This document shows, piece by piece, positions 37,421 through 46,477 of a stretch of DNA of 60,340 nt. The position numbers were made by a program, and so were the translations under genes. The stretch lies in NCBI GenBank assembly GCA_041609715.1, contig JBFIQI010000002.1, forward strand, positions 1-60,340, given 5' to 3'. Under the pieces are notes generated by a model. The model was not told the DNA's origin. It saw only the letters and a list, made by a program, of their open reading frames with translations, and did no database searches. Numbering within the stretch: position 1 is the stretch's first letter; each line of letters opens with the position of its first letter. The DNA comes from Gammaproteobacteria bacterium (GTDB lineage Bacteria; Pseudomonadota; Gammaproteobacteria; Steroidobacterales; JABDLF01).

Positions 37421-38198
37421 CCTGATGCGTGCCGTGCGCGAACAGGGCGTGCGCAAGGAAGACCGCACCGGCACCGGAACTCTCAGTCTGTTCGGCCACC
37501 AGATGCGCTTTGATTTGTCCGACGGATTTCCGTTGGTTACCACCAAGAAACTGCATATCAACTCCATCATTCACGAGTTGCTCTGGTTTCTGCACGGTGA
37601 AACGAATACCGCTTACCTGAGAGAGAACGGCGTCCGTATCTGGGACGAATGGGCAGATGAAAGTGGCGAGCTGGGGCCGATCTATGGTTACCAATGGCGG
37701 TTCTGGCCCGCGGCGGACGGGCGTCACATCGACCAGATCGGCAAGGTCATGGAGCAGCTCAAGCGCAATCCGGACTCGCGCCGTATCATTGTAAGTGCGT
37801 GGAATGTCGCGGATCTCGACAAAATGGCGCTGGCTCCCTGTCACACGCTGTTCCAGCTGTGGGTGGCAGACGGTCGCTTGTCCTGCCAGCTTTATCAGCG
37901 GAGTGCCGATATATTCCTCGGCTTGCCATTCAATATTGCGTCCTATTCCCTGCTGACCCATATGTTTGCGCAGCAGGCCGGCTTCGAGCCCGGCGACTTT
38001 ATCTGGACTGGCGGTGACTGCCATCTGTATGTGAATCATCTGGAGCAGGCAGACCTGCAGTTGAGTCGCGAGCCTCACCCATTGCCCACCCTGACTTTAA
38101 AACGCAAGCCGTCGACGATTTTCGACTACCGTTTCGAGGATTTCGAAATCAGCGGCTACGAGAGTCACCCCCATATCAAGGCGGCGGTGTCGGTCTGA
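37404..38198 (+). CDS. thyA: Thymidylate synthase (ThyA type)
   Basis: [47 protein letters not shown] and PCH.LFQ are canonical ThyA. The internal ATG at 37404 overlaps the lgt 3' end by 17 nt. Confidence 0.96.
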   Translation: MKQYLDLMRAVREQGVRKEDRTGTGTLSLFGHQMRFDLSDGFPLVTTKKLHINSIIHELLWFLHGETNTAYLRENGVRIWDEWADESGELGPIYGYQWRFWPAADGRHIDQIGKVMEQLKRNPDSRRIIVSAWNVADLDKMALAPCHTLFQLWVADGRLSCQLYQRSADIFLGLPFNIASYSLLTHMFAQQAGFEPGDFIWTGGDCHLYVNHLEQADLQLSREPHPLPTLTLKRKPSTIFDYRFEDFEISGYESHPHIKAAVSV

Positions 38199-38206
38199 GC
38201 AAAGCC

Positions 38207-38719
38207 ATGCAGGAGCCGCGTGTCTGCCTGGTGGCCGCGATGGGTCGCAACCGAGTTATCGGCAGGGACGGCGATTTGCCCTGGCATCTGCCGGCCGATC
38301 TCAAAGCCTTCAAAGCCGTCACCCTGGGCAAGCCGGTAATCATGGGACGCAAGACCTTCGATTCCATCGGTCGACCCTTGCCGGGGCGAATGAATATCGT
38401 TATCAGCAAGAACAGCAGGCTAAAACTGCCGGGCGCCACGGTTTGCGCGGGACTGCCCGCAGCCCTGGCGGCGGCTGCCGACTATGGGGCCGAGGAGGCC
38501 ATGGTGATCGGTGGCGCGAGCATTTACGAACAGGCTCTGTCGTTCGCTGACGAGCTTGTCCTGACCATCGTACAGGCAGAGCCCGACGGCGATTGCTGGT
38601 TTCCCGCTTACCAGGCCACAGACTGGCAGATCACGCAGCGCGAGTTTCGCCCGCGCGATGACGCCAATGCTTACGACCTGGAATTCTTGAGACTTGAACG
38701 CTCAGGCAGAAGCGGCTGA
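38207..38719 (+). CDS. folA: Dihydrofolate reductase
   Basis: 170-aa ORF. LVAAMGRNRVIGRDGDLPWHLPADLKAFKAVTLGKPVIMGRKTFDSIGRPLPGR.NIV.S is canonical type-I DHFR. Confidence 0.93.
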   Translation: MQEPRVCLVAAMGRNRVIGRDGDLPWHLPADLKAFKAVTLGKPVIMGRKTFDSIGRPLPGRMNIVISKNSRLKLPGATVCAGLPAALAAAADYGAEEAMVIGGASIYEQALSFADELVLTIVQAEPDGDCWFPAYQATDWQITQREFRPRDDANAYDLEFLRLERSGRSG

Positions 38720-40087
38720 AGCTTCCAGGCGCGGTAGTCGCTGCGCAGTCACCCGCACAGCGGCGTCGAGGTCGATGTCGGCAAGTTGGCTGGCGCCCTC
38801 GGTCAGCTCTTGCAGGAGCGCTGCCTGCATGGCGCCGCGCTGTTTGGCGACTGCGTAAGGGATGCGCCGGAACATCACCATGGAGTAACGCGGAACGAAG
38901 TGTTCCGGAATGCGTGCCTCGAGTTCCCAAGCCAGCGCTTTTTGCAGGTGAAAGCGGGGATCGTTGACCGTGTCGCGCATTTCCACGTAGTTTTCCAGGG
39001 CCATGTCGGCGATGGCATCGGCGTTGGGTTTTCGCGAGTCACTGAATCTTCCAAAAAGCTCTGCCGACAGCCGTCCATGTGTCTCCAGAAACTCGTCCAG
39101 CACCACGCAGTCCTCGAAGGCGCAATTCATGCCCTGGCCGTGAAACGGTACGATGGCATGGGCCGCATCGCCGATCAGCAGTACCTTGTCCTGGTAATGC
39201 CAGGGTGCGCAGCGGATGGTGCCGAGGACTCCGGTGGGGTTGTCAAAAAACTCCTGCTCCAGTGCGGGAATCAGCGCTAGCGTGTCGGGAAATTCGCGAC
39301 TGAAAAAGGCCCGCACGTCTTGTGGAGAAGCCAGCTGAGAGAAGCCCGGATCGCCATCCTGCGCCATGAACAGAGTCACCGTAAAACTGGCATCCGGATT
39401 GGGCAGGGCAATGAGCATGAAGCCGCCACGCGGCCATATGTGCAGGGCATTGGGATCGATCCGAAACTCACCGTCGTCTCCTGGCGGTATGGTGAGTTCT
39501 TTGTAGGCATGACTCAGTAGTTCTTCACTGGCTTCTATGTGTTTGCCATCAGCCAGTGCCCTGCGCACTACGGAACCCGCGCCATCGGCAGCGATCAGCG
39601 GTGCCGCTTGCAGGATCTGGGCACCGTCCAGCATGGGCGTCTCTACGCGGACTTGCCCGGCCTCGATGCTGATGTCGGTAATCTGGTGATTGAACAATAC
39701 CTCCACCGAGCCGGTCGCTTCAGCCGCATTCAACAGGCTGGCGGTCAGACCGGAGCGTGAAACCGAGTAAATGACTTCTTCGGGATTGCGACTGTATGGT
39801 TGCAGCTGCAGCTGGCCCTCGCGATCATGCAGCATGCGACCACGCATGGGGATCAGAAGTTTTTCGACTGCCTCGAAAACCTGGGCCCGCTTGAGGGCAT
39901 TGATGCCACGCTCGGCCAGTGCCAGATTGATGGATCGCCCGGCTGGCGCCGTGTGCCTGCGCAGATCAGGATTGCGCTCTATGACCCGAACCTGGTGTCC
40001 GCGGCGGGCGAGAAAAACCGCCAGCAAAGTTCCTGCCAGGCCGGCGCCGGCGATTACGGGTGCTGCCGGGCGAGACGGGTTGGTCAT
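38702..40087 (-). CDS. kmo: Kynurenine 3-monooxygenase (FAD-dependent)
   Basis: 461-aa ORF. VIAGAGLAGTLLAVFLARRGH.V...ER, GRSINLALAERG, NALHIWPRGGFMLIALPN, VPFHGQGMNCAFED, ALENYVEM and FVPRYSMV closely parallel Pseudomonas KMO. Confidence 0.9.
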   Translation of the reverse strand: MTNPSRPAAPVIAGAGLAGTLLAVFLARRGHQVRVIERNPDLRRHTAPAGRSINLALAERGINALKRAQVFEAVEKLLIPMRGRMLHDREGQLQLQPYSRNPEEVIYSVSRSGLTASLLNAAEATGSVEVLFNHQITDISIEAGQVRVETPMLDGAQILQAAPLIAADGAGSVVRRALADGKHIEASEELLSHAYKELTIPPGDDGEFRIDPNALHIWPRGGFMLIALPNPDASFTVTLFMAQDGDPGFSQLASPQDVRAFFSREFPDTLALIPALEQEFFDNPTGVLGTIRCAPWHYQDKVLLIGDAAHAIVPFHGQGMNCAFEDCVVLDEFLETHGRLSAELFGRFSDSRKPNADAIADMALENYVEMRDTVNDPRFHLQKALAWELEARIPEHFVPRYSMVMFRRIPYAVAKQRGAMQAALLQELTEGASQLADIDLDAAVRVTAQRLPRLEASAASA

Positions 40088-41364
40088 GATTTCACCAGGC
40101 TTTGCAGGATCCTGACGAAATAAAAAACATCCTGAAAGCTGTTGTACAGGGGCACCGGCGCAGCCCTGATGACGTCGGGCTCACGCCAGTCCACGAACAC
40201 GCCCATCTCCGGCAGGCTTTCAAACAGGGCCCGTCCATGCTCGGCGCCGGAGCGCAGACGCAGGGATAGCTGGCAGCCGCGCCGTTCGACATCCGCAGGC
40301 GTAATGATCTCAAAGATATCGTCGAGCTCGGTCATCACCAGGAATTCGAGGTAACCGGTCAGGCGTCGCGACTTGGTGACCAGTTCCACCATGCGCGCCC
40401 GCCGGAATATATCGAGGGAAGCAATCAGTGGCGCCAATGCCAGGATCGGCGGGTTGGAGAGCTGCCAACCTTCGACCCCCGCAATGGGTTTGAATTCGGG
40501 CCCCATCTGAAAGCGCGTGGCTTTTTCATGGCCCCACCAGCCAGCAAATCTCGGCAGTGAAGGATCGCCGCCATGACGCTCGTGCACAAAGCATCCGGCG
40601 ACAGCTCCGGGACCCGAATTCAGGTACTTGTAGCTGCACCACACGGCAAAATCCACATCCCAGTCATGCAGTTTGAGCAGCGTGTTGCCGGCGGCATGGG
40701 CCAGGTCGAAGCCCACAGTGCAACCCTTGCGATGGGCCAGGTCGGTAATTGCCGCCATGTCGAACAGTTGACCGCTGTAATACTGGACACCAGGCAACAT
40801 GACCAGCGCTATGTCCTCGCCCTGTTCCTCCAGCAGGGTCAGAATATCCGCCTCGCGAATCTGGGTCTCTCCATCCCGGGGTGCAATTTCGATGAGCGCG
40901 TCACGGACCTTGAGGCCGTGGAACTCGAGCTGTGAAACAACCGCGTACCGGTCCGATGGGAATGCCGGCTTTTCGATCAGTATCTTGCAGCGTTCCTTTC
41001 GCGGCCGATAAAAACTGACCATCATCAGGTGCAAGTTGACGGTGAGAGAATTCATCGCCACCACTTCGCCGGGTCGCGCGCCCACCAGTCCTGCCAGATC
41101 GGCGCTCAGGTTTTCGTGATACGGCATCCACGGTCGGCGGGCTTTCCAATGACCTTCGACGCCGAGGCGCGCCCAGTCTTGCAGCTCCTCCTGCACCAGT
41201 TGAGCCGCTCGCCTGGGCTGCAGGCCCAGGGAATTGCCGCACAGGTACAGCACCCTTTCGGCACCTGGCGGTGGTTCCGGGAAACTGAATTCCTCGCGAA
41301 AGCGTGCACAAGGGTCGTGCCTGTCCTGCCCCAGCGCGAAATCAATACCCGCCGCGTAACTCAT
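40084..41364 (-). CDS. kynU: Kynureninase
   Basis: 426-aa ORF. YLCGNSLGLQP, W...GVEGH, CSYKYLNSGPG (PLP lysine) and FAGWWGH are kynureninase motifs. ATGA overlaps occur at both ends. Confidence 0.92.
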   Translation of the reverse strand: MSYAAGIDFALGQDRHDPCARFREEFSFPEPPPGAERVLYLCGNSLGLQPRRAAQLVQEELQDWARLGVEGHWKARRPWMPYHENLSADLAGLVGARPGEVVAMNSLTVNLHLMMVSFYRPRKERCKILIEKPAFPSDRYAVVSQLEFHGLKVRDALIEIAPRDGETQIREADILTLLEEQGEDIALVMLPGVQYYSGQLFDMAAITDLAHRKGCTVGFDLAHAAGNTLLKLHDWDVDFAVWCSYKYLNSGPGAVAGCFVHERHGGDPSLPRFAGWWGHEKATRFQMGPEFKPIAGVEGWQLSNPPILALAPLIASLDIFRRARMVELVTKSRRLTGYLEFLVMTELDDIFEIITPADVERRGCQLSLRLRSGAEHGRALFESLPEMGVFVDWREPDVIRAAPVPLYNSFQDVFYFVRILQSLVKS

Positions 41365-42185
41365 AAGCGTCTGGCCGGATAAAGCAATGGCCGGCTGGGG
41401 GCGGCGTCGCTGCGAAAGGGCGCCACCTGGAGATCCAGCAGGTAAATGCCGTCAGCTGCGCTGTCATCCACGAAAACCATTTCCGTGACGGTTGCTTCGA
41501 CTCGCGTTTCGGAATCGGTTTTGCGGGCGCCCGGAGGCAGCCGCCAGAACAAGCGGTGTGCTGCCAGCTGACCGCCATCGTCGAAGCGATCCAGCGAGGG
41601 AGTGTCCACCAACAGGTGCTCCACGCCGCAATCCACCAGAAGCTCTATGGCGTCCAGAGTAAAGAATGCATGGGCCTCGTCCGCCGTGTATCGGCGCTGC
41701 ATTTTGGCCGGGGAATTGGGCAGGGTGCGTACAACCAACGCAGGATATTGACCACCCGGAAGCTCTGACCATGCAGCGCCCAATGCGGCAGCCGTTATCA
41801 GCCGGTCCCCATGGTCGGCCGCCGGGCGGGTGCGCTCGTCGCTACTGTTCGCGGCTACCGTCTCCACGCTAAGCAGCACGGCGGGTAACAAAGCAGCGGG
41901 CGCCGCGTCCAGGACCGACAGGCGTGCCTCCGTCACATGGCCGACACACTCGGTGTGAGTACCATTGCAATGGGGGTTCAGGCGCAACACTTCGGCATTG
42001 CAGCTGCCGCCGGCACGGGTATCGCCGACAAAATCGCCGGATGTCATCGGTTCGGCGCTGGCCGGCATGGCACCAAAATGATTGGGCTGGGTGCCGTGGA
42101 AATCCAGAGGAATGCTGATGTCATGACGGATCGCGGAATCCGCCACATACCGGCTGCCCTCGTAATCCATTTGCAGCCAGCTCAT
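41361..42185 (-). CDS. Divergent cyclase-family protein; candidate kynurenine (aryl)formamidase
   Basis: The ATG at 42183-42185 gives [10 protein letters not shown]..., about 274 aa. [12 protein letters not shown] resembles the cyclase HxGTHxDxPxH box, and LVDTPSLD...H is also present. The gene sits between the ACMSD and kynU genes. Confidence 0.5.
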   Translation of the reverse strand: MSWLQMDYEGSRYVADSAIRHDISIPLDFHGTQPNHFGAMPASAEPMTSGDFVGDTRAGGSCNAEVLRLNPHCNGTHTECVGHVTEARLSVLDAAPAALLPAVLLSVETVAANSSDERTRPAADHGDRLITAAALGAAWSELPGGQYPALVVRTLPNSPAKMQRRYTADEAHAFFTLDAIELLVDCGVEHLLVDTPSLDRFDDGGQLAAHRLFWRLPPGARKTDSETRVEATVTEMVFVDDSAADGIYLLDLQVAPFRSDAAPSRPLLYPARRL

Positions 42186-43189
42186 TGGAAATTCTCCCTC
42201 TCCAGGGCCAGCCATTTGAGGGCCGTACCAGACAGCAGCAAGTCACGGGTCGCAGCGTCCAGATTCATGCTCTCGATCATTTCGCCGGGGACATGTTCAC
42301 CCAGCGGAAACGGGTAGTCGCTGCCAAGGGCAATGCAATCTGCACCCATCAGCTGGATCATGTATTGCAGCACGTGGGGCTCGTGTACCAGGGAGTCCAC
42401 CACGAAACGCCCCAGGTAATCCCGCGGATTGGTGGTGTTGTTAACGGCCACCAGGTCAGGACGAACCTTGAAGCCATGTTCGATCCGGCCGATGGTGGCG
42501 GGGAATGCGCCGCCGCCATGCGCAAAGGCTATACGCAGGTTTGGAAGACGCTCGAACACAGCGCCAAAAATCATCGAACATATGGAAAGCGCGGTTTCTG
42601 CCGGCATGCCAACCAGCCACGGCAGCCAGTATTTGCCCATGCGTTCGCGTCCCAGCATCTCCCAGGGATGCACGAAAACCGCGGCACCGAGTTCCTGGGC
42701 GGCTTCGAAGACAGGGAAAATGCTGGGATGGTCCAGGTTCAGCCCATTGACATGGGTACCAATTTCCACGCCCGCCAGGCCCAGCTCCTGAACACAGCGG
42801 GTCAGCTCCTTGCAGGCGAGATCCGGGTCCTGCATCGGCAGTGTACCCAGCCCGACGAATCGTCGCGGCTCGGCGGCGACCATCCCGGCAATATGGTCAT
42901 TGAGCAGCTGACACAAATCATGGGTGTCAGCCGGTTTTGCCCAGTAGCTGAACATTACCGGCACAGTGGACAAAACCTGCACGTCGACACCATGCTGATC
43001 GCATTCGGCGATGCGCGTGGCGCTGTCCCAGCAGTTGCCTGACACATGCCGGAAGTTCTTGCCATCGCGCATCATCCGGGCGCAGCCGGGGCCGGTATGG
43101 CGCAGCTGTATCCAGCCGCCGTACCCGTATCGTTCGGAAAGATCCGGCCAGTTTTCAGGCAATACGTGGGTGTGGATGTCGATTTTCAC
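42182..43189 (-). CDS. 2-amino-3-carboxymuconate-6-semialdehyde decarboxylase (amidohydrolase_2)
   Basis: [16 protein letters not shown]...[14 protein letters not shown] and FAHGGGAFP are ACMSD motifs. The GTG at 43187-43189 gives a GTGA overlap with the upstream stop and about 335 aa; the ORF track start is 43225. Confidence 0.85.
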   Translation of the reverse strand: MKIDIHTHVLPENWPDLSERYGYGGWIQLRHTGPGCARMMRDGKNFRHVSGNCWDSATRIAECDQHGVDVQVLSTVPVMFSYWAKPADTHDLCQLLNDHIAGMVAAEPRRFVGLGTLPMQDPDLACKELTRCVQELGLAGVEIGTHVNGLNLDHPSIFPVFEAAQELGAAVFVHPWEMLGRERMGKYWLPWLVGMPAETALSICSMIFGAVFERLPNLRIAFAHGGGAFPATIGRIEHGFKVRPDLVAVNNTTNPRDYLGRFVVDSLVHEPHVLQYMIQLMGADCIALGSDYPFPLGEHVPGEMIESMNLDAATRDLLLSGTALKWLALERENFQ

Positions 43190-43710
43190 CGGCTTGGCTG
43201 CGGTACCGGCATGATTGTCTGACACTGACTGCAGGTGCGGCTGGCCTCGTCGGCATAAAAAGCCTCGAAGACAGGCGCGAGCTGGGTCTCGATATCCTCG
43301 AGCTGCAAATACTCCTCATAAAGCAGGGCATCACAGTTGTCGCAAAACCACAAAAACCCGTCTTCCTCGCCCGCCACTCGGGGTCGCTCCACCACCAGGC
43401 CCACTGTGTCTGCAAAACGCTGTGGTGAGTGCGGTATGCCCGGGGGTAGCAAAAAGACCTCTCCTTCGCGAATCGGAATGTCGACGCGCTGCCCGTCCTG
43501 GATGGTTTTGAGCAGCATGTCGCCCTCGATCTGATAGAAAAACTCTTCGCCGGGATCATAATGATAATCCTTGCGACTATTGGGTCCGCCCACAACCATG
43601 ATGATGAACTCCGAATCTTCGAAAACCTGCTTGTTGCAAACCGGGGGCTGCAGCAACTCCCGGTTGGCTTCGATCCAGGCATGGAAATTAAAGGGCTTGA
43701 GTTCACGCAT
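43186..43710 (-). CDS. 3-hydroxyanthranilate 3,4-dioxygenase
   Basis: 174-aa [69 protein letters not shown] and a C-terminal CxxC...CxxC rubredoxin-like site. Confidence 0.92.
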   Translation of the reverse strand: MRELKPFNFHAWIEANRELLQPPVCNKQVFEDSEFIIMVVGGPNSRKDYHYDPGEEFFYQIEGDMLLKTIQDGQRVDIPIREGEVFLLPPGIPHSPQRFADTVGLVVERPRVAGEEDGFLWFCDNCDALLYEEYLQLEDIETQLAPVFEAFYADEASRTCSQCQTIMPVPQPSR

Positions 43711-43746
43711 GGAAATCCCTCTCGCGTTGCTAGCAATCTGGTGTCA

Positions 43747-44163
43747 TTACACCGCAGCGATGCATTTGAGTTCAATGGCAATCGGGGTTGGCAGCCGGCT
43801 TATTTCTACCGTGGTGCGACACGGCGGATGGTCCGCAAAGTACTCCGCCCACAAATTATTGTAAATGGCAAAATCAGCCTCGATATCGGTCAGAAATACT
43901 GTCACATCCAGCAGCTTGTCCCAGCTCGAACCGGCGGCGTCCAGCACGTTGCGCACGTTGTCGAATACCGCACGGCATTGCGCGGCAATGTCATAGCCCA
44001 CAATGTTGCCGGCATCGTCGTACTGCAGGCCGGGAATTTCATCGCTGCCGGGCTGGCGCGGCCCGATGCCCGAAAGAAACAGGAGATTGCCCGCGCGCCG
44101 CGCGTGGGGATAATGTCCCACCGGCGCCGGTGCCTTACCGGTTTTGATGCTGGTATTGCTCAC
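43747..44163 (-). CDS. RidA/YjgF-family protein; candidate 2-aminomuconate deaminase
   Basis: 138-aa ORF. APAPVGHYPHARRAGNLLFLSGIGPR...RTTVE...LP....IELKCIA is RidA fold. GTGA overlap with the upstream aldehyde dehydrogenase gene. Confidence 0.7.
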   Translation of the reverse strand: MSNTSIKTGKAPAPVGHYPHARRAGNLLFLSGIGPRQPGSDEIPGLQYDDAGNIVGYDIAAQCRAVFDNVRNVLDAAGSSWDKLLDVTVFLTDIEADFAIYNNLWAEYFADHPPCRTTVEISRLPTPIAIELKCIAAV

Positions 44164-45626
44164 GGCGAAGCTCCTGGCTCTTGGTGGATACGAACGCAGA
44201 CATTCTTGGTTTCGGTAAAAAACCTCAGTGCCTCAAATCCGCCTTCGCGCCCCAGACCGGAGTGCTTGTAACCACCCATGGGTGTTCGCAGGTCACGCAG
44301 CATCCAGCAATTAACCCAGATAATGCCAGCCTGCAGACTGGCAGCGACCCGGTGGCAGCGCGAAATGTCGCGGCTCCAAAGGGACGCGGCCAGGCCATAA
44401 CGCGTGGCGTTAGCGGCTGCTATTGCCTCGGCCTCGTCATCAAAGGGTATCAGCGTCACCACCGGACCGAAAATTTCGTCCTGGTTGGTGGCACAGTCTG
44501 GCCCCAGTCCTTCGATGATGGTTGGTTCGATGAACCAGCCTTCCGCACAACGCCCTTCCAATTCTACGCGCTGCCCACCGCACAATACCTTGCCGCCTTC
44601 GTCGCGGGCGATGCGGATGGCGCGCATGATTTTTTCGAAATGCGCTGCCGAAACCACCGCGCCCTGATCGGTGGCGGATTCCAGCGGATCACCCACCACC
44701 AGTTGCCGGGCTCTGGCAACCAGGGCGTCGCGAAAATCTGCATAGATACTGCGTGCTACCAGAATGCGCGATCCGCACAGGCAGATCTGGCCCTGGTTGG
44801 AAAAAGCCGCGCGCAGTGTGCCTTCCAGGGCCTGCTCCAGATCCGCGTCTGCAAACACCAGAGTAGGATTCTTGCCGCCCAGCTCCAGGGACAGTTTCTT
44901 GAATGCGCCGGCGGTTCGTTTTGCGATGTCAGCGCCGGTCTCGGTGCCACCGGTGAAGGAAATTGCAGTAACTTCCGGGTGTTCCACGAGCCGGCGGCCG
45001 ATGTGCGCGCCACGACCGTGCAGTACATTAAGTACACCCGGCGGCAAGCCGGCGCGATTGAGCAGCCGCGAAAACAGGTAAGCCGTCATGGGAGTGATTT
45101 CGGATGGCTTGGCGATCACGCAGTTGCCGGCTGCCAGGGCCGGCGCGATTTTCCAGGTAAACAGGTACAGCGGCAGGTTCCAGGGGGAAATACAGGCGAC
45201 AATGCCGACGGGTTCACGCAAGGTGTAATTAATAGCCGTCGAACCCATCGCGTGGGCTTCACTGAAAAACTGTGTGGCGGCGCCCGCGTAGAACCTGAGG
45301 TTGGCCGCCACCCTGGGGATATCCAGTTGTTGTGCCAGGGCCAGCGGTTTGCCGGTGTCGATGCTCTCGGCCCTGGCAAGTTCGGCGGCATTTTCCTCGA
45401 CCAGGTCCGCCAGCTTGTTGAGCATGGCGGCGCGGGCTTCGGCGGACATTTCCCGCCATGCACGCCGGGCGGAGCGGGCCGCCGCCAGTGCCGCTTCCAG
45501 ATCCGCGGCACTGGAGTCGGGCAGGCGTGAATACACTTGGCCCGTGGCGGGGTCGACGTTGTCCAGCCAGCGTTCGCCGTCTGCAGCGCTGGTCTTGCCG
45601 TCAATGTAGTTGTAAATCAGTTCCAC
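44160..45626 (-). CDS. NAD-dependent aldehyde dehydrogenase; candidate 2-aminomuconate-6-semialdehyde dehydrogenase
   Basis: The GTG at 45624-45626, preceded by AAGG, gives about 488 aa (MELIYNYIDGK...). ELGGKNP and FSNQGQICLCGSR (catalytic Cys) are ALDH motifs. The ORF-track start (45767) would overlap the SDR gene. Confidence 0.8.
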   Translation of the reverse strand: MELIYNYIDGKTSAADGERWLDNVDPATGQVYSRLPDSSAADLEAALAAARSARRAWREMSAEARAAMLNKLADLVEENAAELARAESIDTGKPLALAQQLDIPRVAANLRFYAGAATQFFSEAHAMGSTAINYTLREPVGIVACISPWNLPLYLFTWKIAPALAAGNCVIAKPSEITPMTAYLFSRLLNRAGLPPGVLNVLHGRGAHIGRRLVEHPEVTAISFTGGTETGADIAKRTAGAFKKLSLELGGKNPTLVFADADLEQALEGTLRAAFSNQGQICLCGSRILVARSIYADFRDALVARARQLVVGDPLESATDQGAVVSAAHFEKIMRAIRIARDEGGKVLCGGQRVELEGRCAEGWFIEPTIIEGLGPDCATNQDEIFGPVVTLIPFDDEAEAIAAANATRYGLAASLWSRDISRCHRVAASLQAGIIWVNCWMLRDLRTPMGGYKHSGLGREGGFEALRFFTETKNVCVRIHQEPGASP

Positions 45627-45636
45627 GGGCGCAACC

Positions 45637-46437
45637 TTACAGACTGCCTGTGCGACCGCCGTCAACGGGCAGATTGATCCCGTTGATGTAAGCGGCTGCC
45701 GGTGAAGCGAGAAACGCAATGGCATGGCCGATTTCATCCGGTTCGGCGAATCGTCGCACGGGCACACTGTTGCACGCCGCTGTTTCGATTGCCTCCAAGG
45801 TCTTGCCGGCGCGCTGCGCCCTGGCTTCGAATATGGGTTGCAGACGGGTAGTGCGCGTGTAACCGGGCAGCACGTTATTGACAGTAATGCCGTGGGGTCC
45901 CAGCTCGCTGGCCAGGGTCTTGGCCCAGCTGGCCATGGCGCCGCGGATCGTGTTGGAAACGCCGAGCCCTGCTATGGGCTCTTTAACGGAAGTCGAAATC
46001 ACATTTATGATGCGCCCGTATCCCGTTTCTCGCATGCCCGGCAGCAAACTTCGGGCCAGCACCTGGGCAGCCAGCACATGCTGGGCAAACGCTTCGACAT
46101 AGGCCTGGCACTCGGCTTCGCTGGCTAATCCCGGCGGCGGTCCGCCGCCGTTATTCACCAAAATGCCGACGGGATCGCCGTCTTTGAGCTCCGCCGTGAT
46201 TTGTTCGCCCAGAGCATCCGTTGCCGACAGGTCTGCAACCACCATGGTGTGGCGCTGGTTGGTACTTGCAGGTAATCGGGACAGCGTGGCTGCAAGCTTG
46301 TCCCGGTTACGCGCCAACAGAATGACGGAGGCGCCCTGACCGGCCAGGGCACGGGCGGTGGCCTGGCCAATACCCTGGCTGGCTCCGCAAACCAGTGCTC
46401 GCTTGCCGTCCAGTCGAAGCATCTCGGTCAGCGTCAC
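45637..46437 (-). CDS. Atypical short-chain dehydrogenase/reductase-fold protein
   Basis: Rossmann motif GKRALVCGASQGIGQA, then NNGGG. The catalytic YxxxK position reads S-NTI-R by eye alignment to FabG. The GTG at 46435-46437 lies 8 nt after GAGGAG; an alternative ATG is at 46422. Confidence 0.75.
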   Translation of the reverse strand: MTLTEMLRLDGKRALVCGASQGIGQATARALAGQGASVILLARNRDKLAATLSRLPASTNQRHTMVVADLSATDALGEQITAELKDGDPVGILVNNGGGPPPGLASEAECQAYVEAFAQHVLAAQVLARSLLPGMRETGYGRIINVISTSVKEPIAGLGVSNTIRGAMASWAKTLASELGPHGITVNNVLPGYTRTTRLQPIFEARAQRAGKTLEAIETAACNSVPVRRFAEPDEIGHAIAFLASPAAAYINGINLPVDGGRTGSL

Positions 46438-46477
46438 TTTTACAACTCCTCGAGCCGCGATCTCGCGATCTTCCAAT

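Noticed and set aside
44181-45530. 449-aa plus-strand ORF opposite the aldehyde dehydrogenase gene
   Set aside because: Antisense artefact. The minus-strand frame carries the ALDH catalytic motifs (ELGGKNP, catalytic Cys).
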